64,000 bases of DNA from Verrucomicrobiota bacterium. GTDB lineage: Bacteria > Verrucomicrobiota > Kiritimatiellia > JAHIZV01. Where the stretch lies: the NCBI GenBank assembly GCA_018814445.1, contig JAHIZV010000237.1, forward strand, positions 49,729-113,728, in the 5' to 3' direction. Under the pieces are notes generated by a model that saw only the letters and a list, made by a program, of their open reading frames with translations, did no database searches and was not told where the DNA came from. Below, piece by piece: positions 45,566 to 60,500 of the stretch. The first letter of the stretch is position 1. Each line of letters starts with the position of its first letter. Made by a program: the position numbers and the translations under genes.

Positions 45566-48500
45566 CTAGAACGAGCCGGCTTCGTAGTATTCCCACACGA
45601 TTCGATACAACCTGCGCTCACGGTTTGTGGACTCGACATCCTGATAGAAGAAGTCGCCGCCGATGTCCGAGAGGAAGTTGGCATCCTGATTCACGCCCGG
45701 GCCATCCATGGCATTGGACCACGTGGTACTGTTTTCAGAATACTGCACCTGGTATATCTCATCCCATGCTCCCCGCCACTTGATCTGGCGGAGGCCGCTG
45801 GCCTTCTTGATTTCAGAGATGGCGAACTCACCGAAGAAAAGCGCCGCACGGTTGTCGTTCGTATCCACGTAAACGACTCCGTTTGTCTCGCCGATGAACC
45901 TCCACCACGCTTTGTAGGAGTTGTGACTCGGCGTCGGCTGCCAGATGATATACTCTTGATAGACATCCACAGCGGTGTCCAGGTCGATCCACGAATCACC
46001 GTCATCGCCGGAGTACTGAATCCGGACTTTGAGATTTGTGGGTATATTGACGGCACTCCATATAAGCGGCCACGTGCTGTTGGTTTCACTGATTTTGACG
46101 GAGTTGTTCCACGTGCGAACATACTGAATCACATTCGTGTTGCTCTTGCTCGCGTAGATCGTGTTCCCGTACGCACCCATGTTGACCCGATTCGCATTTG
46201 TTTCCGGTTCATCGGCGTAGTCCGAATCAGGATTACCCTTGTCGAGAGCCCACGCGTCACTCGTATCACTGGTCACCCAGCCAACTCCGTCAACGTATCG
46301 TCCGCCACGCGATTTGAGATGGAAGTCCCCGCCCGTCGCATCTGCAATGCCGGCGTTGGTGAGGGCGCTTCGATAGTCGTGCCCTACGGCGAGCTGCCAG
46401 GGCAGGAGTTGCTTGTAGGAACTGCCATCCTTGAAGATGAAGGCATTTGTTTGAAGATCATACACGTTGTAGTCGATGAAGACATTGAAGGGCGTTCCCC
46501 CAACAGCCGCCACCGATCCCGTGCTGTGGTTGAACTGGAAGATGTTATTCTGTATGACACCGTTCACGCTGCCGTTATAGACATGATACTCGGGGCGGCC
46601 GGCGAAGGTGTTGTTCTCGATTGTGAAGTCACTGCCCGAAAACACCCTGACTCCCCTGCCCCAGTTATTCCAGAACCGGCCGTTCCTCACTGCAAGCGTC
46701 GTGCTATTCGACGCTACAACGGCGACACGATTGCTGACGAAAAGGAGCCCTTCCAACGTGGCGTTTTCGCTGTAGTCGAGACTCACGGCCGCTCTCGCAT
46801 TTCGCAACGCCAGATCCTGAAAGGTGACGCGCGAGCCGAATATCTTCAACCCGACTCCAGTGGACGTGTTCTGACGGTCCAGCACGGCGCCTCCGGCGGC
46901 GAAATTTGTACTGCCTCTGACCATAACGTCACCATAGTCATCATCACCCCCGTCGGACCATATAAAGGTCGTCGCGGTCGGAAGAGTGTAGACGCCGGTG
47001 TCGATGTAGACCGTATCGCTTCCTTCCATGTCATATGTATCGAGTACCCGCTGGAGCGAATCCATCGGTGTCGCCGGAGTCAGACCATCCGCAAATGCAG
47101 AGCCAATATCCGTGGCGAATACGTCGTTGTTGGTAGAGCCGTCGTTCACATAGAACTTGCGGATGTCGTTTCTCACTGCAAAGATGTTATCGACTTCGTC
47201 GAATATGTTCGTATCTGAATCAAGCACGACACGCCAGAGAGCGAATACACTGGATGTCACCAGCGTTGTATCCCACGAATACTGATTGGTGCTACTGAGA
47301 ACTCCGAAGGCGAACGAAGTCCAGGTCAACCCGTTGTTCGGAGAGTAGTCGAGCCTCAGTGTGTCACCTCCACCCAGGTTACCTGACCTCCACCAAATCG
47401 TGTTTGTGCCCTTGAGAACGCCGCCATCGTTAATGGTCACGGCCAACAGCCATTTATTTGTCAGGCTTTTGCTCGCTTCACTCGTATTGCCATACGCGCC
47501 GATGTTAATCCGTGGGCCTCTTGGCGTCAGTTCGTTCGTGTACACGGAATCGGGATCACCGGCATCGATGAGCGGCGAATGTTGAGCATCGACAACAAAG
47601 CTTCCTCCGGAATATCGCCCTTCTATGCTTTTAGGGTGGAAATCTCCTCCCGCCTCGCTGGCGAATAGCGGCTCGTGCGAAAGGCTGTGCTCTTCCAACC
47701 CTGACTCTCGCTGCCAGTAGATTAGTTTTTCCCAGTTTCCGTTTACGATGCCATTCTTATTCCCTATCCAGGCGTTGTTGCGGGCAATCAAGTTGTTGTA
47801 ATCGGAGGACAGACTCCCCGCGGCCAGCAACACGCAGAACTTGTCTGTACCATCCGCAATGACAACGCTGTTCTTCATCGTCACACTCGACAACCCCCGC
47901 TGGATGAGCTGTGACGCACCCGAAATCTTGAGAGTCGCATTCCTCAATCCCACGTTTTGACTGTTGATGACGTGAACAGCCACCGTATCAGACCCGTAAA
48001 CCAACGCATTCCGGATATCGATCAGGAGGCAGCTCTGCAGGTCAATGTGGCCATTCTTGAGATGGACGCCTCGAATTGTCGCATTTGTAGTCGCCCCGAT
48101 TTCCAGATCTCCGCCATTGACCATGAGATTGTTGATCGTCTTTCCCGTACCCGATATCTTGACCGTCCCGTTTGTGACCGTGATGTTGTTCAGAACGGTG
48201 CCGTTGGCCTCGCCGACCAGATTGCCGCCGTCCAGATACATGTCGGAAACGGTGATGTACGAACCTTGAAGTTTCCAGAAGTCGCTGCTTCCGGCATCGT
48301 TCTTGAACACGGAAGGTACTTCTCCGGTGCTTCCCTGAACAACGACCGGAATACCGGCGAGTCCTTGATCGGCAACCGTGTGCAGAATCTTCTCGCCTAC
48401 ATTGTAGTATCCGGCATCGACCAGAATCGTGTCCCCTTCAGCCACAAGCCACTGCTCCAGAACATCCGACATGGAATCGAGCGGCGCAAACGCAAAGATC

Positions 48501-51500
48501 CCCAGGTTGCTGGCCGAGCCTGTTGTTGTCGTATAGATATCACCGTTGGTGGAGCTGTCATTAAGGTAGTAGAAGAACGGCCGGTTTCGCAGGGAGAACC
48601 TGGAATCCGTCATATCCTCGACGTTCGTATCGCTGTTGAGGACAATCCTCCACCGTCCAAGCCGGCTGGAAGGCCACTTCTCATTGCCGGTCTCCTCTGT
48701 GTCACTGATCCAGGCATACTCTCTGTCTCCAATGGCCACATTATTCGCGATTGAGGTCCATGTAATGCCGTTGTCGTAGGAGTAGTCCAAACTCACCTTG
48801 TTTGTCGCGGGAATAGCCGCGCTTCCCCATACCAGCAGAAACGTCCCCTCCAATTGACCGCCGCCCGACGCCGTAATGGCATACACCCACGCGTTCGTGC
48901 GGCTCATGCTCGCTTCACCGGTGTTGCCGTAAAGACCGATATTCCTCCGGCTCCCATTCGGCGCCGGCTCCCTCGAGTATGGAAACGTTGGATTCGCCGT
49001 ATCGATCAGGAATGAGGTGTTCGTATCGCCGGTGACATGGTTCGTCACGGCAGGATCAAACCGGCCGACCTCACTGACCAGATGGAAATCTCCGCCCGCT
49101 GCGTCATAGAATCCCGGGTTGACGGTCAGACTGTGCGTATCCTGGCCGGAAACCTTTGTCCATTGCGGCAAGCCTTTATATTCGACGCCATTGAAGTAGA
49201 CATAGGTTGCACCATTCTGAATATACAGATCGTTGTAGTCCGCTTTTATCGTGGTGTTCGTATTGAGAGTGTAGCAGAAGGATTCAGGTGCGCGGGCATG
49301 CACAACGGAGTGCCTGACCTCGATATTTCCAAGATTGGCCGCCACGGCGTCGGCCGTGTTGGACCAGAATACGCATGAGTAGAAACGATTCGACGTTGAG
49401 GTGATAGAGCCCACTCCACTTTTCTTGCCGGAGACAAGAATGTAGTCGAAATTGTTGTGAGACGCCTGCGACAATGCGATTCCCGAGCCGTTGCCACCTG
49501 TGATGCTGAGATTGCTGGCCACACAGTAGCTTGCCTGAAAGAGTCGGACGCCGTTCGTACCGCCGTCGATGACAAAATCGGACAGCTCGATATACGCGGT
49601 CACATTCAGATTAAACATCGCCGACCCGGAGAAGTTCGACGACGGTTGGAAAACAGTTCCCCCGGCCGCCAGGTTCGTGCTGCCGAGCATTCTCACGCGC
49701 CCGGCGGCAGTTCCCTTATCACCGGACGTAACAAGCACCTCGTTCGTCAGGGGGTAGACTCCTGTGTCGACAAGGATCTTATCTCCCGCGAGAAGCTTGT
49801 ACTGGTCAAGGACCGCAGAGATGCTGCACATCGGAAATGCCGGGCTGGTACCGGGGTTGCCGCAGTTACCAACCGACAACGCATATATATCTCCGTTAGT
49901 CGAGTTGTCATTCACGTAGAAGATGAAGGGGCCGCACCGAACGAACAGATCCGTGCCCGATACGTCGATAATGTTCGTATCGCTCTCGCTTACCACACGC
50001 CAGCGCCCAATGGGAGTCGAAGGCACGATGCATGGATCCAAAGTCACGCCCGTACTGAATACCGATGTGTTCGTGGCGAGCGCCTCAGACCAACTCAATC
50101 CGCCGTCGGTCGAGAACTGCACCTTGACTTTGTCTGAAGGCGTGAAGCCACGGCTTAGCCAGTAGAGAGTCACGGCCTCACCTATGCTTCCTCCGTCGTC
50201 GAGAGACACAGCGAGAAATTCCTTGTTGGTGGGCGACTTACTCGCCTCGCTCGTTCCTCCATAGATACCCAGGTTCGCACGGAAACCATTCGGACTGGGT
50301 TCATTCGCGTAGGGCGAAGTGAAGTTGGCAGCATCGATCGCCCAGGACGAAATGGTATCGTTTGTGAAGGAATCTGTTAGCGGCTCATACCTGCCCGCCG
50401 TGCTTCTGAGGTGGAAATCACCGTTCGTTGGATTGACAAACAGAGGATCACCCAGACGGGAATGGTAATCTGCGCTGCGGTCAGTCTGCCAGTCGAGCAA
50501 CGTTTCGTATTCAATCTTCTTGAATGTGTCATTCGCAAGCTTGCTGACTTTATCCGGATGCAGAAGGTTGTAGTCGCCGCTCACCGAACCCGCCTGCCCG
50601 TAAACATAGATGTAGGTACCCGTCTGGTAGGCGTGAAGTATCGAGTTATTCACCGTCAAGCCGGCACGAACTGACACCGCCCCATTGCGGTTGGACCAGA
50701 TGACACAGTGGTTCATGGCCAGGGGCTGAGAATGACTGACACCGTAACCGTTGTTATCCCACGAAGCGCAATGTTCAAAGACCAGCCCCTGATTCAGACC
50801 GAAGCTGAACCCGTTTGAAGAGTTCCCGTAGCTTTCAATCCAACTGAGCTGGCAGCCCTCGGTGCCGGACATCGCGACACCGATGCTGGCGCCCGTAAAT
50901 CGAATGTGATCCATCTCAATGAAACGTGTTTCGGTGACCTGGAGCCCGTATCTTGTCAGATTCGTTCCGGCCCTGTGAATCACCGTTCCGCCGCAGCCTG
51001 CTGAGTTGTTCGTACTGCCATGGATCATGATCGGGAAGTTGGATGATCCTCGGGAAAGGGCGCCGATGACCCAATCATTCGAGATCATGTAGGTGCCGGT
51101 GTCTATGTAGATCGTGTCTCCCTCCCGAATACTGAAGTTCTGGAAGGCGGTAACCGGGCTGTCCAAAGGTGACGAAGGATCCAGGCCTGAGTTACCCGGA
51201 TCGCCCGGGGCCGTGGCGAATACATCGCAGTTGGTGTCACTGTCGTTGATGTAGATCGTGATAGGATTGTTCCGAATGGAAAAGCTGTCATCAACAGCGT
51301 CCCAGGTATTCGTATAGTCCTCAAGCACTACTCTCCACTTCGCGGCAGACACGGCGGGTTGACTGGAAACATTCCACGTCTGCTCTCCAAGCGAGGCAAG
51401 TTGGTTCGTCCTGAATATGGTCCATTCGACGCCGTTGTTCAGCGAGTACTCAAGTCGGACCGTGTCATCCGTTGCTATTCCGCCGGCAGCCCAGGTCAGG

Positions 51501-54500
51501 CGCACGACACCTTTCACGAACCCTCCATCGTTCACGGATATAGCCAGCACCCACGGGTTGGTCTTGCTCATGCTTGCTTCGTAGGTATTCCCATATCCGC
51601 CCAGATTGATTCTCGTCCCTCTTGGAGCAGGCTCATTTGTGTAGACCGCTGACGGATCCCCCGTATCTATCAACGGGGAGTGTTGAGCGTCCTGAACAAT
51701 ATTGGTTCCGCTGCGACGGCCGGTCACGCTCTTCGGATGAAAGTCTCCACTTACAGTGTTCGCGAACAGAGGCTTATGACTGAGACTATTCTCGTCCTGA
51801 CCGGTTCCGTCCGACCAGAAGATCAACGTCTCGTACAGATCGTTTCCGCCTGTGAACTTCTCCTTCTCCGCTACTATCGCCCCATTTGTGCGAACCAGGT
51901 TGTTGTAGTCCGAAGTAACGGAGCCGCCGATACCCATGTCATAGATTCGAGAACCCGAACCCGACGCCTGCAGGACGCTGTGCCGGAACGTCCCAAGGCC
52001 CTGCTCAATGCTTGCGGCATTCTTGTTATTCCAGACGACGCCCTGGTTCCAATTGAGCGCCCCCTCGGTTGAGACGCCGTTCAGGCCATTGTCATACGAG
52101 AAACAACGGTCGAACGTGCCGACCGAGAACTGATCCAGAAGGAAGCCGTTCGCACCGTTGTTGTGGCTCTTCACATTGACGCCACGCGCACGGGAACGGG
52201 TCATCTTCAGACCGTCTCCACCATTTTTCAGCTTCAGGTCGCGTAATTCAACATCGGCGACGCGGTAGAGGTGGATAGCGGACACGCTGCCGGTTCCCAA
52301 CTGGCGATCGAAAACCGTCCCCGTTGTGGAAATGTTAGTACTCCCCTGGATAATGACGGGGTTATTGGTTGACCCGGAATCAAGATCATCGATCGTGATG
52401 TCCGTATCCACATCGTACTCACCGGTGTCCACGTAAACTATGTCTCCCGGCTGCAGATCGTAGGCGTTCAGTATGGCCTGGAGCGATTCCTTGGGAGCAA
52501 GCGGTGTATAGCCAAGGTTGTCGTCATCGCCAAGCCCCAGAGTGAACACATCCCCTGCGGACGCACCATCATTCACGTAGTACTTGATGAGTCCGCCGTT
52601 GCGCAGGCCGAAGAATGCCCCGTTGGTCTCGGTCAGTCCCGCCTGGTCCTCACTTGAGATGCGCCAGAGACCTACCGGTGTGCTGCTGTAGCCCGTGGAA
52701 TCCCACAGATACTCACCGAAAGAGGCCGAGACACCTGACGTCAGATTACTCCACGTCATCCCCGCATCTCCGGAGAAATCGATGGTCACCGTATGACCGG
52801 TTGCATCGCCCCCCGCAGTCCACCGAAGGGTTATCTGGTCCTCGCCGAATCCACCCGTGTCAAATGTAATCGGTTGAATCCACGCATTCGTCGGCGTCTT
52901 GCTGGCCTGATCCGTGTTCCCGAAGAGGCCTATATTGAGCCGCCCCCCATTGAACAGAGGTTCCTGAGCGTAACTCGAAGCCGGATTGCCCGCATCCAGC
53001 AGGCGAGAGGGAGACTCGAGACTGTTGGTGATAAACACCGATGAACTTATGTCGTACCGGCCGGCCGGACTGCTGATGTGGAAATCAGCGTTCTCACCGT
53101 CCGTGAACTGCGGATCCACGGCCAGCGAATGTTCGTCATACCCGAGTTCCGACACCCAGGCAGACACCGTCGCGTATCGCGTGGTACCGCTCCCCGCGAA
53201 ACCGCCCAGCACCGCCCCGGCCTGCGCCCCATTCTCGAGATAGATGTTGTTGTAGTCCGCGGTCATGGTCCCGGACACATGAAGGTAAGCAAACTGGTCA
53301 CTGCCGTCGGCCACGATGATGCTGTTTCCAAAGCCAAGTGTTCCCGATTCCTGCTTCGCTCCATGTGTGTTCTTCCACATCACACCATGGTCCCATGTTA
53401 CTCCATATGACTGATCCGCGAAGAAGCCTGCATCGCTGTTTTCAAACGCAATACAGTGATTCATGGTGAACCGCGAGGATCTGTCGATCCAGATGCCTAT
53501 TTCACCGCCGTCGCACATTACCCACTCAGCAAGACAGTCATCCGATTTGTAGACCCAGATTCCGGCTTCCGCACTCCTGATCACAAGATCGCGGAAACCG
53601 ATACCATCCGCTTCATCAAGGTGTACTCCATAGCCCGAACCAAAACGCACAAGGACGGTTTTGCTAACGTCATTTGTGCTGCCCTGAATCGTCACCCGTT
53701 CTGAAGGAGTCCCGCCGTCAAACTCATCGATAAGAATCTCCTGAGAAAGAAGGTAGTTGCCCGTATCGACATATATCGTATCGCCCGGTTCCAGATCATA
53801 CGTATCGATGATGGCCTGAATACTGAGTTTCGGCTGATCGGTTGAGAAACCGTGGTTCGTGCTGTTGCCCAACGCTTCAGTATATACGTCGCCCGCCTGA
53901 GAAATGCTGTCGTTAACATAGAAGCTCAAGGGGTCGTTTCTCACGGCAAAAGGCTTCTCGGTCATGTCAAAGATGTTGGTGTCCGTCGTACTTCCCACTT
54001 TCCAGCGGCCGAAGATTGAAGACTCGACCAAGGTGGTGTCCCAGAGTAATTGGCGGTTCGTAGCAGCGATACTGGCCACGACCGTAGTCCAATTAAGGCC
54101 GAAGTCGGGGGAGTACTCAATCGAGACGTTGTGACCGGTTACCGGACCTGAAACCCACCAGTAGATTAGATTCGTGCCTTCCACGCGCCCGCCATCATTC
54201 AGCGACACCGCCGTAAGGCCGGAATTGGCCTCGTTCGTTGTGGTCAGACTGGCTTCCCCGCTGTTTCCGTAGAGTCCCACATTGAGCCAGGCGCCGTTGG
54301 GAGGTGGCTCCGCGGAATAGGCGCTTCCGGGCCGACCTCCATCGAGCAGCGGAGAATTCACCGTGTCATTGGTATACGACTTTGTGGCGGGAACATAGCG
54401 CCCACCTTTGCTCTTCAGATGGAAGTCCCCTGCCGGGGCTGATGTAAAACGAGGATCACCACCGTAGGAATGAGCATCCTCTCCGTAGTCGCGCACCCAG

Positions 54501-57500
54501 CGGGAGAGCGTCTGGTAAATGGTATCAGGTGAGCCCGGAGTGTACAGTCCGGCATAAGCTCCGTTCGTCAGGAACACGCAGTTGTAGTCTGAAGACAGAT
54601 CGGCCTGACTCGAATTGATGACATAGGCATAGTCACCGGCTCCGGACACGCCGATAACGCTGTTGGACATGAACAAGTCGGCATTGCCCATTTCAACGCC
54701 GATCGCGTTGAACCAGATCACTCCATTCTCCCATATCGCGTCCGATGTCGTGATGCTGAGTCCTGCGTCACTCGCGCTTCTGGCCACACAATGCCGCATG
54801 ACACAACCATCTGACTGCTGCATGTAGAAGCCATTCTCAGACGAATTCGCTGTGACCCATTCCAGCAGGACGTTGTCAGCAAGGTTCAGGCTGACGCCAT
54901 TCTTGCCTCCAACCACGGTGACATTACGAATGTTGACGCCGTCTATGCCGTTCAGATAGAAGCCGTGAGAGACAGAGGAGAGCTGATTGAATACCGTTCC
55001 TGAAGAGGCCGTATTCGTACTTCCCTGAATCGTGATCGGCTCCGCCGGCGTGCCATCGTCAAACTGATCGATTGTGACGGCCTGGTTGAGGGTGTAAGTA
55101 CCCGTATCCACATAAACCGTATCGCCCTCTTCCAGGTCGTAGCGGGTGAGAAGATTGATGAGCGACGCCATAGGCGACGATGCAGTGACTCCCGTGTTTG
55201 TCGCATGCCCCAGGGCCGTGGCATAGACATCACCGTTGGTCGTGACGCTATCGTTGACATAGAATAAAAGCGGTTCATTTCTCAAGGCAAAGGTTCTATC
55301 TGTCGCGTCATAGAGGTTTGTGTCGCTGTCGCTCACGACGCGCCACATACCCAGTGCGGAGGACTGGAATTGGGTCGTTCCCCATGAGTAACATCCAAGA
55401 TCGGCATCGACCCCGGTCACGATCGAGGTCCAGCTGACGCCGCCATCGGCCGAGTACTCAAGCGAGACAGTATCGCCCGTAACACTTCCAATAGCCCGCC
55501 AGCAGATATCCTGAACTCCTTCCGTCCGCCCCCCGTCGTTCAGCGATACTGCGATAAGGAACGAGTCGGCTTCATTGGTCGGCGAAAGGCTTGCCTCCGT
55601 TGTGTTGCCGAACATACCGATATTGACGCGGGAGCCGTTCGGCAACGGCTCATTTGTGAATGCGGATGCGGGATTTCCGCTGTCGATCAGCACCGAGGTC
55701 AAAAGATCGTTCGTGTAGACGCCCGTAGAAGGATCGTATCTTCCCTCCACGCTCGCGGGATGGAAGTCACCACTCGATGAGTCAGCGAATCGCGGGTCGT
55801 GACTGAGACTGTGTTTGTCCTGATGGAAGTCCCTGACCCAGCGTGACACCGTTTGGAAGACCTGGTCGGGCGAGGCATTGCTGCTGCCCGCATAAGCTCC
55901 GTTCGTCAGGAAGATGTTGTTGTAGTCGGACACCAGATTTCCGGAAGCGAAGTAGTAGGCATAGCGCCCGGAACCAGAAGCGAAGATCAGCGTGTTTTCT
56001 ACGGACAGATCTCCCTCACCGTCAGGATTCGACTGCTCCCAGACTCCGTAGGCATTATTCCACAACACGCCATGGGTCCAAGTAACATTGGTCGAATTAC
56101 CTCCGTGATAAAAACCCCAGCTTGAGCAATCGATTGCCGACGAGCGGCTGAAATCCACATTGTGCGATTTCTTTACTTCGAACCCGCGGACACAGTCTAC
56201 GGCCTGCACTGCATCCACGGTGACAAAATGGGCCTCTTCCAGCTCGAAGGCAGTGGAAGCGTTTGAAACGGTGATATTCCTGAACTCATAGCCCTGAACC
56301 GTATCGAGATGGAAGCCGTATGACTGAATCACAGATCCTCCCGCGCCGGCATTCGTACTGCCCTGCACCAGGATCCTGTTGGTCGCACTGCCCGTGTCGA
56401 ACGTTCCGATTTCGATGACTCCGGACTCAGGGAACTTACCTGTGTCGATGAATACATTGTCGCCCGGCTCCAGGTCATAGTTGTTGAAGACGGTCCGCAC
56501 ACTCAATGCCGGTTCCGAAGGTGAGACACCCGCGAATGCACCGGATCCCGCGGCACTGCAAAATACGTCTCCGTTGGTGGAACCGTCATTCACATAGAAA
56601 GAAAGTGGCTCGTTCCTCAACGCGAACGAGATATCCGTGTCGTCAAAGACCGAGGACTGCTCACTCGCGACACGCCACATCCCGCGAGCGGTTGACGGGT
56701 AATTTGTCGAGTTCCAGTAGTAGACCCCGTTTGTCGCAGGAATGTTAGTTGCCACGGTCAAGAATGATGCTACCGCATCAGTAGAGAAACGAATCGCAAC
56801 CGTATCAGCAATTGAAGCGCCCCCGGCAATCCAGTACAGGGGGACGTTTGTTCCTTCGGTCCTGCCTCCATCGTTAAACGACACGGCAACGAACCATCCG
56901 TTTGTCGGAGTAATACTCGCTTCCGCCGAACCACCGTACTGCCCTATGTTTCTACGCCCGGCATTGTTCGGAGGTTCATTGGAGAAGGATGCCTCAATGG
57001 CTCCCGCATCGAGCAGGACAGACGTTTCCGTGTCGAAGACCGTCCCGGCAGTCGTGTATCTTCCGCCCTGGCTCTTCGGATGGAAGTCCACAGCGGATCC
57101 CAACGTCAGTTTGGGATTATGCGATAACGTGTGAAGGTCGTTGCCGGATGAACGCGCCCACAAAGACACACTGGGTTCAATCACTCCAGTGGGCGCACGG
57201 TACGCGACGTATGCACTGTTCTTCAAGTGGTAGTCGTTGTAATCCCCGTACACGTTCCCGGAATTGATATAGTGAGCGTATCGTCCAGTCCCAAACGCGC
57301 CTATCACACTATTGCTAAAGGTCAGTTTTCCGCCGTTCAGATATACACCGTACAGATTCGACCACAACACACCGCTATCCCAGAAGGCCGACGTGTTATT
57401 GGTGGTAAAGATCGACAGCCCCGCTTTGCTGGCTTCCGATGCCGAGCAGTGGTCGAACATCGTGTTGGTGGCAGCGTGGACTCTGTAGCCAACGACACCG

Positions 57501-60500
57501 TCTTTCACGTTCACCCACTCGGCTCCGCAGTCTGCCGTTCCGTAGAAGAGCAGACCGGTCGTGGTATTCTCAATCGTCAGATGCTTTATCCTTATGCTGG
57601 ATGTGTTTCGAACAGTGATTCCGCGCTTCCCGCTTCCTCCATCCAGCACAGTCGCGCGTCCGAGCGGCGAATTCGCGCCTTGTATGACGATGGGGTTCGT
57701 CGCCACTCCGACAAGATCACTGGCAATGGCCAGATCGTCTGAGAGGATATACGTTCCGCTGTCGACCAGTATGACTTCGCCGGCCCTTATGCTGTATCTG
57801 TCAAAGACCTGCTGAATAGTCGCGAGCGGTTTATTGCTGGTCACGCCGCTGTTCAGAATACTCCCGGGAGCTTTCGTGTAGACATCGCCGTTCGTCGAGG
57901 AATCGTTCACAAAATACGTGAGCGGCTCGTTATTGATGATGAAGGTCACGTTGCTGAGAACGGGCGAGATGCCGAAGGTGTTCGTGTCCGTATTGCTGAC
58001 GATCCGCCATTTGGCCTCGGGAACGGATGCGAAGGGAGTCGAGTCGAACAGATAGGAACGCACACCCTTCGGAATATTCGTACTGATGTTGGTCCAGCTT
58101 TGACCCGCATCCACAGACAGTTGAAAAGAGAAGCTGTCATTTGTGGCGGTTCCGCCGGCGACCCAGTAGAAGTAGTTCGACCCGCGGAATGTGCCGCCGT
58201 CATTGAGCGTGAGGGCCAGCAACCAACCGTTCGTGCGGCTTAAACTGGCCTCCGAATGGTTCGCGTACAGACCGATATTTGCCCGACGGCCATTCGGCGA
58301 AAGTTCGCGAGCGTAGCTGTCCGCAGGATTCCCCACATCAATCATGGGCGAGGTGACCAGGTCATTCGTTCGCACGCTTGAGCCCGGAACAAAACGCCCT
58401 GCCGCACTCATCGGATGAAAATCGCCCGTTGTCAGATTAGGGAAAAGAGGTTCGTGCGTAAGACTCTGCACGTCTTGCCCCTTCTCCTTGGTCCACGTGT
58501 ACATATTGGCATAACGGTCGCTGCCGAACTTGGCGATCTCGGCAAAATTCTTGGCGAGGATATTGTTGTAGTTCGCCGAATAATCGACTGATCCGCCGAG
58601 GTCGTATGCATAGCGCTCCGTGCCATTGACTAGAACAACAGAATTGCTGAGCCCTATGCTGCCCGCGTTGGCATAAAGGCCCCCGGAAGTATTCGACCAT
58701 ATCACCGAACGGTTGATACGAATCCTGTCGGAACCCGCGGCCCTTATGCCGTAGCCTGCATTCTTCCACGAAAGCACCCGGGAAAGACTCATATTCGTGC
58801 TCGTGTTCAGATCCACACCGTGCGATGCATTGTTCATGGTGCGAATGTTATCGATGTTAATCTGATTTGCGCGGGCGAAGCGCATACCCACATTCGCGTT
58901 CCGCAGAACCAGATTTGAGACGGAAACCAGCGTCGGGGTATCAAACTCAAAAACATACGCTCCGGCGGAGGTGTTGCCGCGATCGAGAACCGATGCCCCG
59001 GAATTTAGATTAGTCGTACCGAATATGCGGACTCGCGCGTTGGTGGCACCGCTGTCGAGGAGTGTGACAACGATATTGGAGCCGTTTGTGTAGACGCCTG
59101 CATCGACATAGACCTTGTCGTTCGGCTCGAGATCATAGGCGGCAAGGGCCGTGGCCAGGGAGTTCAGAGGCTTGGCGGAAGTAGCGACCCAGTTTGTCGG
59201 CGATCCGTTCCCGGTTGTATATTGATCCCCAACCCCCGAGGCATCGTCAATGTAGATACTCAGATTGCCGTTGCGCACGGCAAAGAAGCCGGGTGTCCGG
59301 TCAAAAATGTTTGTGTCGCTGTCGCTGGTAGCCCGCCAGAGGGCCGCAGGCGTATTGCTTACGCTCAACGTATTCCACGCGACAGTCTCATCTGCCGCAT
59401 CCACTCCGTTGTTCAACTCAAACCAAGTGTTTCCGCCATCCACAGACACATCTACTGTGACGGTGATCCCGGTGTCGATGTTCGCGGCAACCCAGTGAAA
59501 CGCCGCCGTGCCTGCCACCCATCCGCCGGAGCGAGGCGAGGCCGCGTGCAGCCACGCATTCGTAACACCTTTGCTGGCTTGGTCCGTATTCCCGTAGAGC
59601 CCGATATTGACCCTTCCCCCATTGAAAGAAGGCTCAGAAGAAAAGGAAGCAGAGGGATTGCCGCTGTCTATCAGCAAAGAGGTCACGGCATCGTTTGTTA
59701 CATAACCTTGGCCCCATACGTACCGCCCCATGGGAGTTACTGTCTTCAGATGAAAATCACCGGTGAGGGGAGCGGCGAACCTGGGATTGACACTCAGGCT
59801 ACGCTTGTCGGAGCCGGTTCGGCTGATCCATGCCGCAAGGGTGTCCTGGTTTCTCTGCTGGCTGACTATATAGCCGACAGCGGCGTTGCTCTCGGCATAC
59901 AGATCGTTGTAGTTGCCGACAATGTTGGTCAGCGTTCCCGCCTGATAACAGCGCGCTTTATGTCCCGACGCCACGACAATGCTGTTGCTGACACCGACAG
60001 AACCGCTGTTGGCCCTGATGCCGGCCGCCCCGTTCCGCCAGATCACATTTCGATCGACGCGCACATTGGAGGAACTGCGCACCCACACGCCGTTGGTCTT
60101 GCTGAGCTGTGTTATGCACCGATGAAGCAAGACATCGGAACTATTCTGAATGTCAAAACCTATGCCGTTGTTTGAGAACGCTTCGACTTCTTTCAGCTCG
60201 ACTTTGTTGGCATTGTAGACTCGGATGCCTCCCGCTCCCCCGGTCGCCCGGATGTTGGAAACACGCACGTAGTTGGCTCCGGAAATGTCTATCGCGTATG
60301 CGCCCCCGACGCCACTGGTACGGTTGAGCACGGTGCCTCCCGCAGCCCTGTTCGTACTGCCGATGATCCGGACGTGGTTGTTCGAATTGCCGGCGTCCGT
60401 GGAGTCAATGACCGTATTGGCCGTCAGATTGAATGTGCCCGTATCGACATAGATAAGATCCTCACCCTCCAGATCGTAAGCGTCCAATATTGCCTTGATG

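Noticed and set aside
45392-47218. 608-aa plus-strand ORF, with many other 100-476-aa ORFs antisense to the giant genes (e.g. 8563..9993, 11764..13044, 24771..25667, 27752..28834, 29842..30546)
   Set aside because: They lie entirely inside, and antisense to, much longer ORFs with clear domain content. Their translations are low-complexity Arg/Pro-rich strings typical of antisense frames in GC-rich DNA.
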